In this document: one piece after another, positions 19,148 to 27,130 of the stretch | How positions within the stretch are numbered: the first letter of the stretch is position 1 | How the letters are laid out: every line of letters starts with the position of its first letter | NCBI GenBank assembly: GCA_041660605.1 | Contig: JBAZWB010000002.1 | Coordinates: 305,940 to 347,065 of the forward strand | Reading direction: 5' to 3' | Origin: Patescibacteria group bacterium | GTDB taxonomy: Bacteria; Patescibacteriota; Patescibacteriia; UBA10025; JAHIVO01 | DNA: 41,126 bases | Translations under genes and position numbers: made by a program | Notes under the pieces: generated by a model | Seen by the model: only the letters and a program-made list of their open reading frames with translations | Database searches by the model: none | Told to the model about the DNA's origin: nothing

Positions 19148-20317
19148 ATGCCGGGAATCGAATATGATGTGATAATTATTGGCGCAGGACCCGCAGGATC
19201 ATCTGCAGCTCAAACCTTAGCGACACATGGATTGAAAACATGCATTATTGACAAGGCGACATTCCCCCGGGATAAATTATGCGGTGGCCTCCTTACTCTT
19301 AGAAGTAAAAAAATATTTGAGGAAATTTTTAAAACAGATTTAAAACCTGCAATTGATTTTGTTTCAAGAGGCGTACGTTTTTATTACAAAAATCGGTTCC
19401 TCAATTCAGCCTCAGACTATAAGGATATATTTTTTGTCCAACGCCGGGTGTTTGATAATTTACTTCTTGATCTCGCCTGTGAAAGCGGTGTAACTCGGTA
19501 TCTTGGTGTCGGTGTCAAAACAATTAATTTTGATAATTCAAACGTTACCTTACTGGACGGAACGACTTTGAGTGGAAAATTTATCGTCGGGGCAGATGGA
19601 GTTAATAGCTATACGGCACGGAGTTTATTTAAAGAATCCTTTAATAAAGAAAATTTGGCATATGCCCTGGAAGTTGAGATTCCACGTGACGAGCACCTTG
19701 AAAATATTACCGAACCAGAAATATATTTTGGAGTAGTCAAATGGGGATATGGATGGGTATTCCCCAAACGCCATAGTCTGGCTGTCGGACTGGCTGGTCT
19801 ATATAGAAAAAATTTCCGAATTGATGATAATTTTAAAAACTTCTTTACGGCACGATTTGGTATTTCCGCGCCGCCCCCAAAGGGGCATTATATTCCCTTC
19901 GGCAATTATCGGCGTACAGCCGGCCGTATGAATGTTCTGCTCTGCGGAGATGCTGCCGGATTAGTCGAGCCAATCACGGGCGAAGGAATCTCTTTTGCTA
20001 TGCAAAGCGGACACTTTGCCGCTTTATCAATTATTGAAGCGTCCTCCGCTGGAAAACCACAGCGCGCTTACGAATATTACCAGCCGCGATATAAAAATAT
20101 TACACGGATATTTGATCACGCGAATCTTTTACGCTACCTTATTTTCCCCAAAATAGCCGAATCATTATTTATTAAAGCGCTTCCTCAAACAGAAAGTGTC
20201 CCCCAGAAACACATGGACTTAATGGCGGGCGAGATCGATTACAGACGTTATGAATTATTTTTATTACGAAAAGTGTGCAGTGCTTTTTTAAAAAAGATTT
20301 TCGGGGGAAAAAATTAG
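19148..20317 (+). CDS. geranylgeranyl reductase family FAD-dependent oxidoreductase
   Basis: YDVIIIGAGPAGSSAA dinucleotide fold, PRDKLCGGLL, GADG and CGDAAG motifs typical of the GGR/ChlP-like family. Confidence 0.65.
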   Translation: MPGIEYDVIIIGAGPAGSSAAQTLATHGLKTCIIDKATFPRDKLCGGLLTLRSKKIFEEIFKTDLKPAIDFVSRGVRFYYKNRFLNSASDYKDIFFVQRRVFDNLLLDLACESGVTRYLGVGVKTINFDNSNVTLLDGTTLSGKFIVGADGVNSYTARSLFKESFNKENLAYALEVEIPRDEHLENITEPEIYFGVVKWGYGWVFPKRHSLAVGLAGLYRKNFRIDDNFKNFFTARFGISAPPPKGHYIPFGNYRRTAGRMNVLLCGDAAGLVEPITGEGISFAMQSGHFAALSIIEASSAGKPQRAYEYYQPRYKNITRIFDHANLLRYLIFPKIAESLFIKALPQTESVPQKHMDLMAGEIDYRRYELFLLRKVCSAFLKKIFGGKN

Positions 20318-20373
20318 GGAAAAAAACAATAATAAAATCGCAAGCCCGCGGGTTTATAATACACCACTAGGTA

Positions 20374-20425
20374 GGCGGGGCTTTTATGCCCCGCCAAAAT
20401 CAGGCAAGGCATGAAAGCCTTGCCT
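20374..20425. repeat. two adjacent perfect GC-rich hairpins of a gtaggc-type palindromic repeat
   Basis: ggcggggc-ttttat-gccccgcc (20374-20395) and aggcaaggc-atgaaa-gccttgcct (20402-20425), bracketed by gtagg / cctac. Confidence 0.7.
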
Positions 20426-20594
20426 ACCCAATAATAAAATAATTGCGAACCTTGTAGGTGGGTAACTAGCTATACGATAAACTTTTCAAGCAATATAAAT
20501 TAATTCATGCCGAGCATCGACTTTACGTCGTGCGAGGCATAACCAAAAAGGAACGAGGAGCTGATGAGGGGAGAACTCTTAGTTCTCCCCTCAT

Positions 20595-20619
20595 AAATAA
20601 AAAAGGCGGTGTGTCCGCC
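20595..20619 (-). terminator. intrinsic terminator, read on the minus strand
   Basis: The minus strand reads ggcgg-acaca-ccgcc followed by tttttta. Confidence 0.6.
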
Positions 20620-20953
20620 CTTTTAATATATTACTTTTTGGCGACAACACCGCCTGGAAGCTATTCATCCTACCCGGCGTCCGCCAATGAAGGCAGGCGT
20701 CGAGATCTAATGGCGAATAGCTTTGACGTTTTTTGATGTTGGTGTCAAAAAGCAATATATTTTCTCTACCACCTTTTGGTGCTACCCAAGTATTTTATTA
20801 CTAAGGAAGTACCTTTTTGTTTTGTTTGATTTTTTTTGGGTGTCCAACTAACACCCTGTTTCGGGAGTAAAGAAAGATTTTGTCTAAAATCTATTTTTTT
20901 AGAAAAAATCTCTCTTTACCTGTGCATAAACTGTCAAAAATATCGATAAGCCT

Positions 20954-20982
20954 AGTATATCACATAAATTCGCACTTGTCAA
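20954..20982 (-). promoter_or_regulatory. consensus sigma-70-type promoter on the minus strand with no ORF downstream
   Basis: The minus strand reads TTGACA (20982-20977), a 17-nt spacer, then TATACT (20959-20954). Confidence 0.5.
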
Positions 20983-21010
20983 TAGCTTTTATAAGCTAAA
21001 GTTAGCCTAT

Positions 21011-21050
21011 TTTTAATTAAATTAAAAATAATCCGCTTTAACGGATTATT
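21011..21050 (-). terminator. intrinsic terminator of the cmk-like/pnp operon
   Basis: 9-bp stem aataatccg/cggattatt with a 6-nt loop, followed on the minus strand by a T-rich tract. It lies about 30 nt past the stop at 21080. Confidence 0.6.
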
Positions 21051-21079
21051 TTAGTTATCCACAGATAAATTAAGGCTTT

Positions 21080-21637
21080 TTACATATTCTTGATGTATCC
21101 ATGCACTACCTGATATTCCTCTTCTGGGGTTAAATTAGTTGTGTCCAAAAATAAATCGTAATTGTCCCTATTGAAAATATCTATACCGTAATACTTCTTG
21201 TACCGCAAGTAATCACTATCGATGCGCTCACGTACGCTGGCTAGAACATCCTCGTATGTCGATAAGTCCCTACCCTCATTGCGATTGGACTGCTTTTTGT
21301 CCCGTAAAGCCTTCCAGATACGCTTTGCGCCTTCTTCTGGGGTGACGTCCAGAAATATTTTCACTGAATGCGGAATGAAATGAAAGGCGGTGCGGCTCTC
21401 AATGACTATCTTATCTCTTGTGGCACCAATCTTCCCGACTTCCTCGTCAAATATTTTATCGGTTTCATCGCTGGACTCTCCCAACTTGTTAAACTCAGCC
21501 AGCGTCATACCTCTGGCCCTGGCCGCTTCCCGGCGCAAACCGCCGATATAAATACGTTCCAGCCCAAAATCCTGCGCGATTTTTTTTGCTACCGTGCTTT
21601 TGCCAGAGCCTGGTTTTCCACTAAGACTGATTATCAT
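21080..21637 (-). CDS. cytidylate kinase-like nucleoside-monophosphate kinase (short, archaeal-like form)
   Basis: P-loop ISLSGKPGSGKSTVAKKIA at the N-terminus. Size and layout fit short CMP/AMP kinases. Confidence 0.6.
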   Translation of the reverse strand: MIISLSGKPGSGKSTVAKKIAQDFGLERIYIGGLRREAARARGMTLAEFNKLGESSDETDKIFDEEVGKIGATRDKIVIESRTAFHFIPHSVKIFLDVTPEEGAKRIWKALRDKKQSNRNEGRDLSTYEDVLASVRERIDSDYLRYKKYYGIDIFNRDNYDLFLDTTNLTPEEEYQVVHGYIKNM

Positions 21638-21639
21638 GA

Positions 21640-23931
21640 TTAGAAAGGCTTACGTGGTGAAAATTTCCTGTCGCGAAATGGCGGGCGGGTTGGTTTAGAA
21701 TTGCGGAAACCACCGCCGTGCCCTCGGTCAAAACCGCCAGTCTCGATGGCTGAGCTGGGAATCACCAGATTGCTTTCCGCTCCCAGCGCTTTTACTGACA
21801 GGCTGATGCGGCCGCGCTCTTTATCGACTTCCAGCACTTTGACTTTCAGTTTCTGCCCGACCGACACTACGTCGGAAACATTGCGGATACGTCCGCTGGC
21901 AAATTCGGAAATATGCACCATGCCGTCCTTGCCCGGCGCCAGTTCAACGATCGCTCCGATTTCCCCGCCGCTGTTGCGGTCCTTCATGATCTGCGTAATG
22001 GTGCCTTCAAATACCTCGCCTACTTTAATTTCCCGAGTGATATCTTTGACCCAATTTTCCGCCTTGGTAGCCATCTCGGCGTTGGTAGAGGTAATGAATA
22101 TCAAGCCATCATCTTCAATATCAATCTTAGTTACATCCTGTCCTCCGCATTCGTCAATAATCTTGTTGATAGTTTCGCCGCCCTTACCAATGACATCGCG
22201 GATCAGTTCAGGATTAATTCTCACTGTGGTAATACGCGGCGCATATTTAGATAATTCCGGGCGCGGACTAGCAATAGCCTTATCCATTACGCCCAATATC
22301 TGCAGCCTGGCCAATCGCGCCCTTTCCAGGGCCTGCTCTATTACAGAAAAATTAATGCCATGCAATTTTACGTCCATCTGAATGGCGGTAATGCCGTTTT
22401 TCGTGCCGGCTACTTTGAAATCCATGTCGCCATTATGATCTTCAACACCCTGAATGTCGGTGATGAGCTTAAAATTATCAGGATTATCATTTTCAGTAAT
22501 CAAGCCGATGGCAATGCCAGCGACCGGATTTTTGATCGGCACGCCGGCGTCCATCAGGGCTAAACTCGAACCGCAGCAGGATGCCTGCGATGAAGAGCCA
22601 TTTGAAGATAAAACTTCGGAAACAACCCGAATAGTATAGGGGAATGACTCCTGATCCGGTAAAACCGGCGTCAGAGCTTTTTCCACTAGAGCACCATGTC
22701 CAATTTCGCGGCGTCCGGGCGATCTGACTGGCTTGGCTTCGCCAGTGGAAAATCCGGGGAAATTATAATGATGCATAAACCTTTTTTTGCCACTTTCCTC
22801 CATAGTGTCCAGCAGCTGTTCATCTCCGGGAGAACCGAGTGTAACGACTGATAAGACTTGCGTTTCCCCGCGTAAAAACACTCCGGAACCGTGGGTGCGG
22901 GGCAGGACGCCGGCTTCCGCGTTTAATTCGCGGATCTCGTCCAATTTACGGCCGTCAACCCTCTTTTCTTCTGTTAAAACCATCTGCCGGGCGGCCTCCT
23001 CATATATCTTATCAACCATGGTTACACCCTTGAGGCGTGCTTCCTTGGTCACTTCATTGTCTTTCTTCAGTGTTTCCTCCAGTTCGTCCTTCAGCTTGAC
23101 GATCTGCTCTGACTGCTCTTTTTTGCCTTTGCCAAAGACCTCCTTTATTTTATTCAGGCAAAAGCTTTCTACTTTCTCCTGGAGCTTGGCAATTTCTTTC
23201 AGCTCTTCTTCGGACGGCTCTCCCAGCTGTACGATTTTTTTCGGTTCGCCAATTTTCGACTGGATTTCTTTTACAAAACTAACTATTTTTTTCAGGTGCT
23301 TGTGTCCGAACTGCACGGCGGCGAGAATGTCTGCTTCCTGAACTTGCTGGCCGGAAGCTTCTATCATCAGCACCTTTTCCTCGTTGCCGGCCACTACAAT
23401 CTCCATGTCCGCCTTATCACGTGCTTCATAAGTAGGATTCAGCACCCACTCATTATTTATCCGGCCGACCCTGACTCCGGCAATGGGGCCGTTCCAGGGA
23501 ATCCGGGAAATCGACAGGGCGCAGGAAGCAGCCAGTAATGAAAGCATATCGGAATCATTTTCCTGGTCAACGGACAAAACCGTCAACACCACCTGCACGT
23601 CCTGCCTGATTTCATCGCTGAAAAGCGGGCGAACCGAGCGGTCAACCAGGCGGGAGGTCAAAATCGCTTCATCCGAAGGCCGGCCTTCGCGCTTGATAAA
23701 ACGCGAACCCTTGATTTTCCCGGCAGCATACAGCCGCTCTTCATAGTCAACCATCAAAGGGAAATAATCAATTCCCTCGCGAGTGGATTCATTCATGACG
23801 GCGGTCGCTAAAACTACGGTATCACCGTATTGAACCGTACAGGCGCCATCCGCCTGATTGGCAAAATGGCCAATTTCGAAGATTAATTTTTTTCCGGCGA
23901 CCTCGGTTTCGAACTTCTGGATTTTTTTCAT
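21640..23931 (-). CDS. pnp: polyribonucleotide nucleotidyltransferase (PNPase)
   Basis: Two RNase PH-like domains, KH (IGKGGETINKI) and S1 (GEVFEGTITQI) domains, plus a G/R-rich C-terminal tail. Confidence 0.92.
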   Translation of the reverse strand: MKKIQKFETEVAGKKLIFEIGHFANQADGACTVQYGDTVVLATAVMNESTREGIDYFPLMVDYEERLYAAGKIKGSRFIKREGRPSDEAILTSRLVDRSVRPLFSDEIRQDVQVVLTVLSVDQENDSDMLSLLAASCALSISRIPWNGPIAGVRVGRINNEWVLNPTYEARDKADMEIVVAGNEEKVLMIEASGQQVQEADILAAVQFGHKHLKKIVSFVKEIQSKIGEPKKIVQLGEPSEEELKEIAKLQEKVESFCLNKIKEVFGKGKKEQSEQIVKLKDELEETLKKDNEVTKEARLKGVTMVDKIYEEAARQMVLTEEKRVDGRKLDEIRELNAEAGVLPRTHGSGVFLRGETQVLSVVTLGSPGDEQLLDTMEESGKKRFMHHYNFPGFSTGEAKPVRSPGRREIGHGALVEKALTPVLPDQESFPYTIRVVSEVLSSNGSSSQASCCGSSLALMDAGVPIKNPVAGIAIGLITENDNPDNFKLITDIQGVEDHNGDMDFKVAGTKNGITAIQMDVKLHGINFSVIEQALERARLARLQILGVMDKAIASPRPELSKYAPRITTVRINPELIRDVIGKGGETINKIIDECGGQDVTKIDIEDDGLIFITSTNAEMATKAENWVKDITREIKVGEVFEGTITQIMKDRNSGGEIGAIVELAPGKDGMVHISEFASGRIRNVSDVVSVGQKLKVKVLEVDKERGRISLSVKALGAESNLVIPSSAIETGGFDRGHGGGFRNSKPTRPPFRDRKFSPRKPF

Positions 23932-24077
23932 ACTTAAATTTTCCTTTTTCAGCCAGCCTGCCCGATCGCCTCATAAACTTATATCTGGCTTGGCGCTGCC
24001 TGGCCAGATAAAAGTCTACGAACGGCAATAAGGCAATTTATTATTAAAAGAACTGGCTAAATTATTAATTATTATTT

Positions 24078-24593
24078 TTATCTATTTTTTCTGGTTGTAT
24101 TGAAGAGGAATCTGGATTTTTCCTGGCTCAAATCGATGAATAGGTCTGCCCGGTTGGTCAGCTGCGAAGAAGCCGAGCCGCCAAAGGCGATTATTTCCAC
24201 GAACTGTCCGTGATTCTGCAGATATTCCACCAGGGGGGAAAAATCACCGTCGCCTGTGGCCAAGACAACAACATCTAGCTTGTCTGACATCCTGATCACA
24301 TCCATAGCAATGCCCACGTCCCAGTCGCCTTTCATGTTACCGCCGTAAAAAATCTGGAGATCCTTCATTTTTACCTCGAACCCCTGGCTGTCCAGGGCTT
24401 CAAAAAATTTCTGTTCATCAACATTTTTTGCCTTGATGACATAGGCGATGGCGCGAATCAACTGGCGGCCGGAGACCGCTCTTTTTAATATCTCCGCAAA
24501 ATTTACCTTTGAGCGGTATAAATTCTTTGCCGAGTAGTACATGTTCTGCACGTCTACAAACAGTCCGACGCGCTGGTTCTTATGCTTGATCAT
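24078..24593 (-). CDS. NYN-domain (LabA/DUF88-like) putative ribonuclease
   Basis: VGLFVDVQNMYYS ... VVLATGDGDFSPLV pattern of LabA-like NYN/PIN-fold proteins. Confidence 0.7.
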   Translation of the reverse strand: MIKHKNQRVGLFVDVQNMYYSAKNLYRSKVNFAEILKRAVSGRQLIRAIAYVIKAKNVDEQKFFEALDSQGFEVKMKDLQIFYGGNMKGDWDVGIAMDVIRMSDKLDVVVLATGDGDFSPLVEYLQNHGQFVEIIAFGGSASSQLTNRADLFIDLSQEKSRFLFNTTRKNR

Positions 24594-24697
24594 AGTTATT
24601 TTGCTAATGGCGAATAGCTTATGGCTAATTGTTCATTAAAAACTTTAAAAAATTATTTTAATCATACGCTATAAACTATAGGCTATGTGCTATAAAT

Positions 24698-24964
24698 CTA
24701 TTTCTTCAATTTAAGCTTCTTTATCAGATTCTCATAACCTTTTGGATCTTCCTTCTCCATATATTTCAGCAGGCGCCGGCGCAAACCGACTTTCTTCAGC
24801 AGCCCGCGGCGGGAAGAAAAATCCTTTTTATGGGATTTCAAATGCTCTGTCAGCCTTTCAATTTCCGCAGTTAAAATAGCGATCTGGACTTCCGAAGAGC
24901 CAGTATCGTCTTTATGGGTCTTGTACTTGTCTATTAGCTTGTCTTTCTCTTTTTTAGTTAGCAT
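24698..24964 (-). CDS. rpsO: 30S ribosomal protein S15
   Basis: [13 protein letters not shown] ... [18 protein letters not shown] signature; 88 aa. Confidence 0.95.
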   Translation of the reverse strand: MLTKKEKDKLIDKYKTHKDDTGSSEVQIAILTAEIERLTEHLKSHKKDFSSRRGLLKKVGLRRRLLKYMEKEDPKGYENLIKKLKLKK

Positions 24965-25123
24965 TTGATTGCCCTTTCGTCCGCGAATCCCGAGTTTTGG
25001 TTAACTACTCCCGGCCTACATTGCCATTTCGGCGGGCAGGCCAAAAAACCAAGAATTCGTATGATTACTTATTAGTAGTCTATATTATAGGGAAAACGGG
25101 GGAGATGTCAAGCCCGTTAATGA

Positions 25124-25156
25124 ATAAAAAAAGAGGGACTAGTGACACTAGCCCTC
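25124..25156 (-). terminator. intrinsic terminator after the STAS gene
   Basis: The minus strand reads gagggctagtgtcactagtccctc (9 bp, one bulge) followed by a run of T. Confidence 0.6.
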
Positions 25157-25182
25157 ACGGATTAGTTAGATATGCCGGTAAA

Positions 25183-25548
25183 TCAGGCAACTGGCTGAGC
25201 TTCGCAAAAATGCCGGTAAGCTTCGTCCTCGCTGTCAAAACATAGAAAAACTTCCTTTAATCTGGAAATGATCAGTATCCGCTCAATCTTGTCGGTAATT
25301 GAGCAAAGGACCAATTCCAGGCCAGCTTCTTTGAATTTCTTGTAATGGAATATCAAGATGGAAAGAGCAGAAGAGCCGAGCCACTCGCATTTTTCCAAAT
25401 TGAGAATGCAGGGCTTCCTTTCTCCAATCGCTGAAAAGAGTTTTTCGTCCAGACCACTGACATCAGGACCGCCAACATACTTGCCAATAAGCTTTAATAC
25501 CATAACCTCTTTCGTTCCATCTTTTCTTTCGCTTACTACTATTCTCAT
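25183..25548 (-). CDS. STAS-domain protein (anti-sigma-factor antagonist-like)
   Basis: SpoIIAA-like length and pattern (LNLEKCEWLGSSALSILI). Confidence 0.55.
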   Translation of the reverse strand: MRIVVSERKDGTKEVMVLKLIGKYVGGPDVSGLDEKLFSAIGERKPCILNLEKCEWLGSSALSILIFHYKKFKEAGLELVLCSITDKIERILIISRLKEVFLCFDSEDEAYRHFCEAQPVA

Positions 25549-25582
25549 TTATCCCTCCAAACGTAATGTTCAAGTTTACGTT

Positions 25583-25611
25583 AACTTAGTAAAATTTGAA
25601 TATTTTGTCAA
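25583..25611 (-). promoter_or_regulatory. sigma-70-type promoter for the STAS gene
   Basis: The minus strand reads TTGACA, 17 nt, TAAGTT; a GGAGGG RBS lies before the ATG. Confidence 0.4.
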
Positions 25612-25645
25612 CCCTATGCTATAAACTTTATAAAGCTAAAGTTCT

Positions 25646-25675
25646 TTGACTTTTCCGGTCTTAGTGTCGTAGAAT
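25646..25675 (+). promoter_or_regulatory. sigma-70-type promoter for the recombinase gene, possibly giving a leaderless mRNA
   Basis: TTGACT, 18 nt, TAGAAT. The -10 box ends 6 nt before the ATG at 25682. Confidence 0.4.
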
Positions 25676-25681
25676 GTATAT

Positions 25682-26566
25682 ATGGAAAATAATATTGACC
25701 AATATTTCAAAAGCTTCCTGGAATATTTGGCCGCGCAAAAGCAGGTCTCGGCTTTGACTATACAAAACTATAAATTTTATCTTTCGCGTTTTAATTTATT
25801 GATACAAGTAAAAGAGCCGGCTGACATTAATATTGAAACGGTAAATAAATTCCGCGAACTCCTCGGCCAGATACGCAACCAGCGCGGGGAGCTGATGAAA
25901 CCCGTCACCCAGAACTACCACCTCATTGCCCTGCGTGCTTTTCTGGCTTATCTGAAAAATCTGGGCCTAACCGTGCTCGGTCCAGAAACTATCATCCTTA
26001 ATAAAATTGGAAAAAATATAATCAGCACTGTTGAACCTCAAAATATTGAGAAACTGCTGGAATCGCCTCTACACGCCAAGAATCCCAGCCTTATACAAAA
26101 ACGGGACAAGGCTATCCTGGAGCTGCTCCTCAGCACCGGCCTGAAAGTCTCCGAACTCTCCGCCCTGAAAAAAGGCCAGATTGATTTCCTGAAAAATTCG
26201 CTGACTATCCGGGGGCTGGGTGACCGTTTGCGCACGGTGGAGCTGACTAACCAGGCGAAATACTGGATCAAGCAGTATCTGGAATCGCGCCAGGATAATT
26301 TCCCCGCGCTTTTCATCCGTCATGACAAGGCAAAAACCAAACAGCTGAACAAAATCCTGCCGGAAGCCTACCAGCTGACGCCGCGGACTATCCAGCGCAT
26401 TATCAAGAAATACGCCAAAGCCGCCCAGCTCGATCCCGGCATTACTCCACAAACCCTGCGCAACTCCTACGCCAAATACCTCCTGGAAAAAGGCGAAGAC
26501 ATTAAAACTATCCAATCAATACTCGGGCACGCCTCAGTAGTAACTACCCACTTATACACCAAATAA
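25682..26566 (+). CDS. tyrosine site-specific recombinase, XerC/XerD family
   Basis: N-terminal SAM-like core-binding domain. The C-terminus has ...TPRTIQR..., LRNSYA, and LGHASVVTTHLYT with the catalytic Tyr. Confidence 0.8.
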   Translation: MENNIDQYFKSFLEYLAAQKQVSALTIQNYKFYLSRFNLLIQVKEPADINIETVNKFRELLGQIRNQRGELMKPVTQNYHLIALRAFLAYLKNLGLTVLGPETIILNKIGKNIISTVEPQNIEKLLESPLHAKNPSLIQKRDKAILELLLSTGLKVSELSALKKGQIDFLKNSLTIRGLGDRLRTVELTNQAKYWIKQYLESRQDNFPALFIRHDKAKTKQLNKILPEAYQLTPRTIQRIIKKYAKAAQLDPGITPQTLRNSYAKYLLEKGEDIKTIQSILGHASVVTTHLYTK

Positions 26567-26569
26567 CGA

Positions 26570-26598
26570 TTGACTTTATTGGCAATCCTTGATAATTT
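26570..26598 (+). promoter_or_regulatory. promoter-like element ahead of the tRNA-Arg remnant ladder
   Basis: TTGACT at 26570-26575, then tgataattt (an extended -10-like box) 15-17 nt downstream. Confidence 0.3.
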
Positions 26599-26640
26599 TC
26601 TATCATTAATCACGCACCTCCCGAGTTCCCCGCCAACCAT

Positions 26641-26724
26641 GCCCCTGTAGTTTCCGCCAGAGGCGGATCACCCGCCCGCCCGCTCCGACTCGCGGAGCGA
26701 TGTCGGGCGCGGCAGGGTGACAAC
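26641..26724 (+). pseudogene. tRNA-Arg 5' remnant a (tRNA nt 1-16) split by a 68-nt GC-rich structured insert
   Basis: gcccctgtagtt (26641-26652) plus caac (26721-26724) equal nt 1-16 of the intact gene at 27131. The insert at 26653-26720 consists of nested hairpins (tccgcc/ggcgga, tcaccc/gggtga, cgctccg/cggagcg). Confidence 0.6.
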
Positions 26725-26748
26725 TGATTCATATCTTTCATCGCCCTC

Positions 26749-26847
26749 GCCCTTGTAGTTCAACGTCCCGTCCCAGCCGCTTCGCGGCGGGACGAGGATC
26801 CTCGCTCCGCCTCCGGCGGAGCGGGAGATAGAACGCCAGCCTTCTAA
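26749..26847 (+). pseudogene. tRNA-Arg(TCT) 5' remnant b (nt 1-38) with a 61-nt GC-rich insert in the D-loop
   Basis: gcccttgtagttcaacg [61 nt, 26766-26826] gatagaacgccagccttctaa. Removing the insert restores the intact gene sequence with one mismatch. Homology stops in the anticodon loop, where the GIY-YIG segment begins. Confidence 0.7.
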
Positions 26848-26861
26848 AATTTATTTTCAAA

Positions 26862-27119
26862 ATGAATTATTTCACTTATATACTAAGAAGTCTCAAAGAT
26901 AATTCATATTACATTGGTTCAACCGATAACTTAAATAAAAGAGTTGCCCAGCATAATCAGGGTAGCGTACGGTCAACAAAAGGTAGGTTACCATGGGAAC
27001 TTATTTACACAGAAGAATTTAATACACGGGGTGAAGCATTTATTAGAGAGAAATATATTAAATCCAGAAAGAAACGAAAATATATTGAGCAGCTTATTAA
27101 CAAGAAAGATAAACAATAA
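26862..27119 (+). CDS. small stand-alone GIY-YIG nuclease (UPF0213/YhbQ-like)
   Basis: YTYILRS..DNSYYIGSTDNLNKRVAQHNQG ... WELIYTEEF ... EAFIREKYIK, the canonical GIY-(10-11)-YIG, R and E pattern. Confidence 0.85.
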   Translation: MNYFTYILRSLKDNSYYIGSTDNLNKRVAQHNQGSVRSTKGRLPWELIYTEEFNTRGEAFIREKYIKSRKKRKYIEQLINKKDKQ

Positions 27120-27130
27120 CTCACTTTTCT

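Noticed and set aside
20561-20594. Hammerhead ribozyme core (ctgatgag)
   Set aside because: The CUGAUGA-like string is simply one arm of a perfect 13-bp palindrome (atgaggggagaac/gttctcccctcat). No GAAA segment, stem III or cleavage-site context follows.
20530-20736. 68-aa ORF in the spacer
   Set aside because: It runs straight through two palindromes and a terminator hairpin, has no RBS, and has a repeat-derived composition.
20318-21079. Known housekeeping ncRNA (tmRNA, RNase P RNA, SRP RNA, 6S) in the large spacer
   Set aside because: By eye there is no GGAAAGUCC-type P4 strand, no tRNA-like 3' end with a T-arm and CCA, and no GNRA-capped domain IV with the conserved internal loops. The hairpin at 20675-20702 is almost fully Watson-Crick with a 6-nt loop. 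The region is kept only as an unclassified ncRNA candidate.
24997-25245. 82-aa plus-strand ORF between rpsO and the STAS gene
   Set aside because: It covers the rpsO leader and the STAS terminator hairpin and overlaps the STAS gene 3' end. The region is more simply explained as regulatory non-coding sequence.
26848-27130. Group I intron carrying the GIY-YIG ORF inside the tRNA anticodon loop
   Set aside because: The ORF fills almost the whole interval, leaving 14 nt upstream and 11 nt downstream. There is no room for a ~200-nt catalytic core. What follows is a complete tRNA rather than a 3' exon. The same argument applies to 29327-29587.
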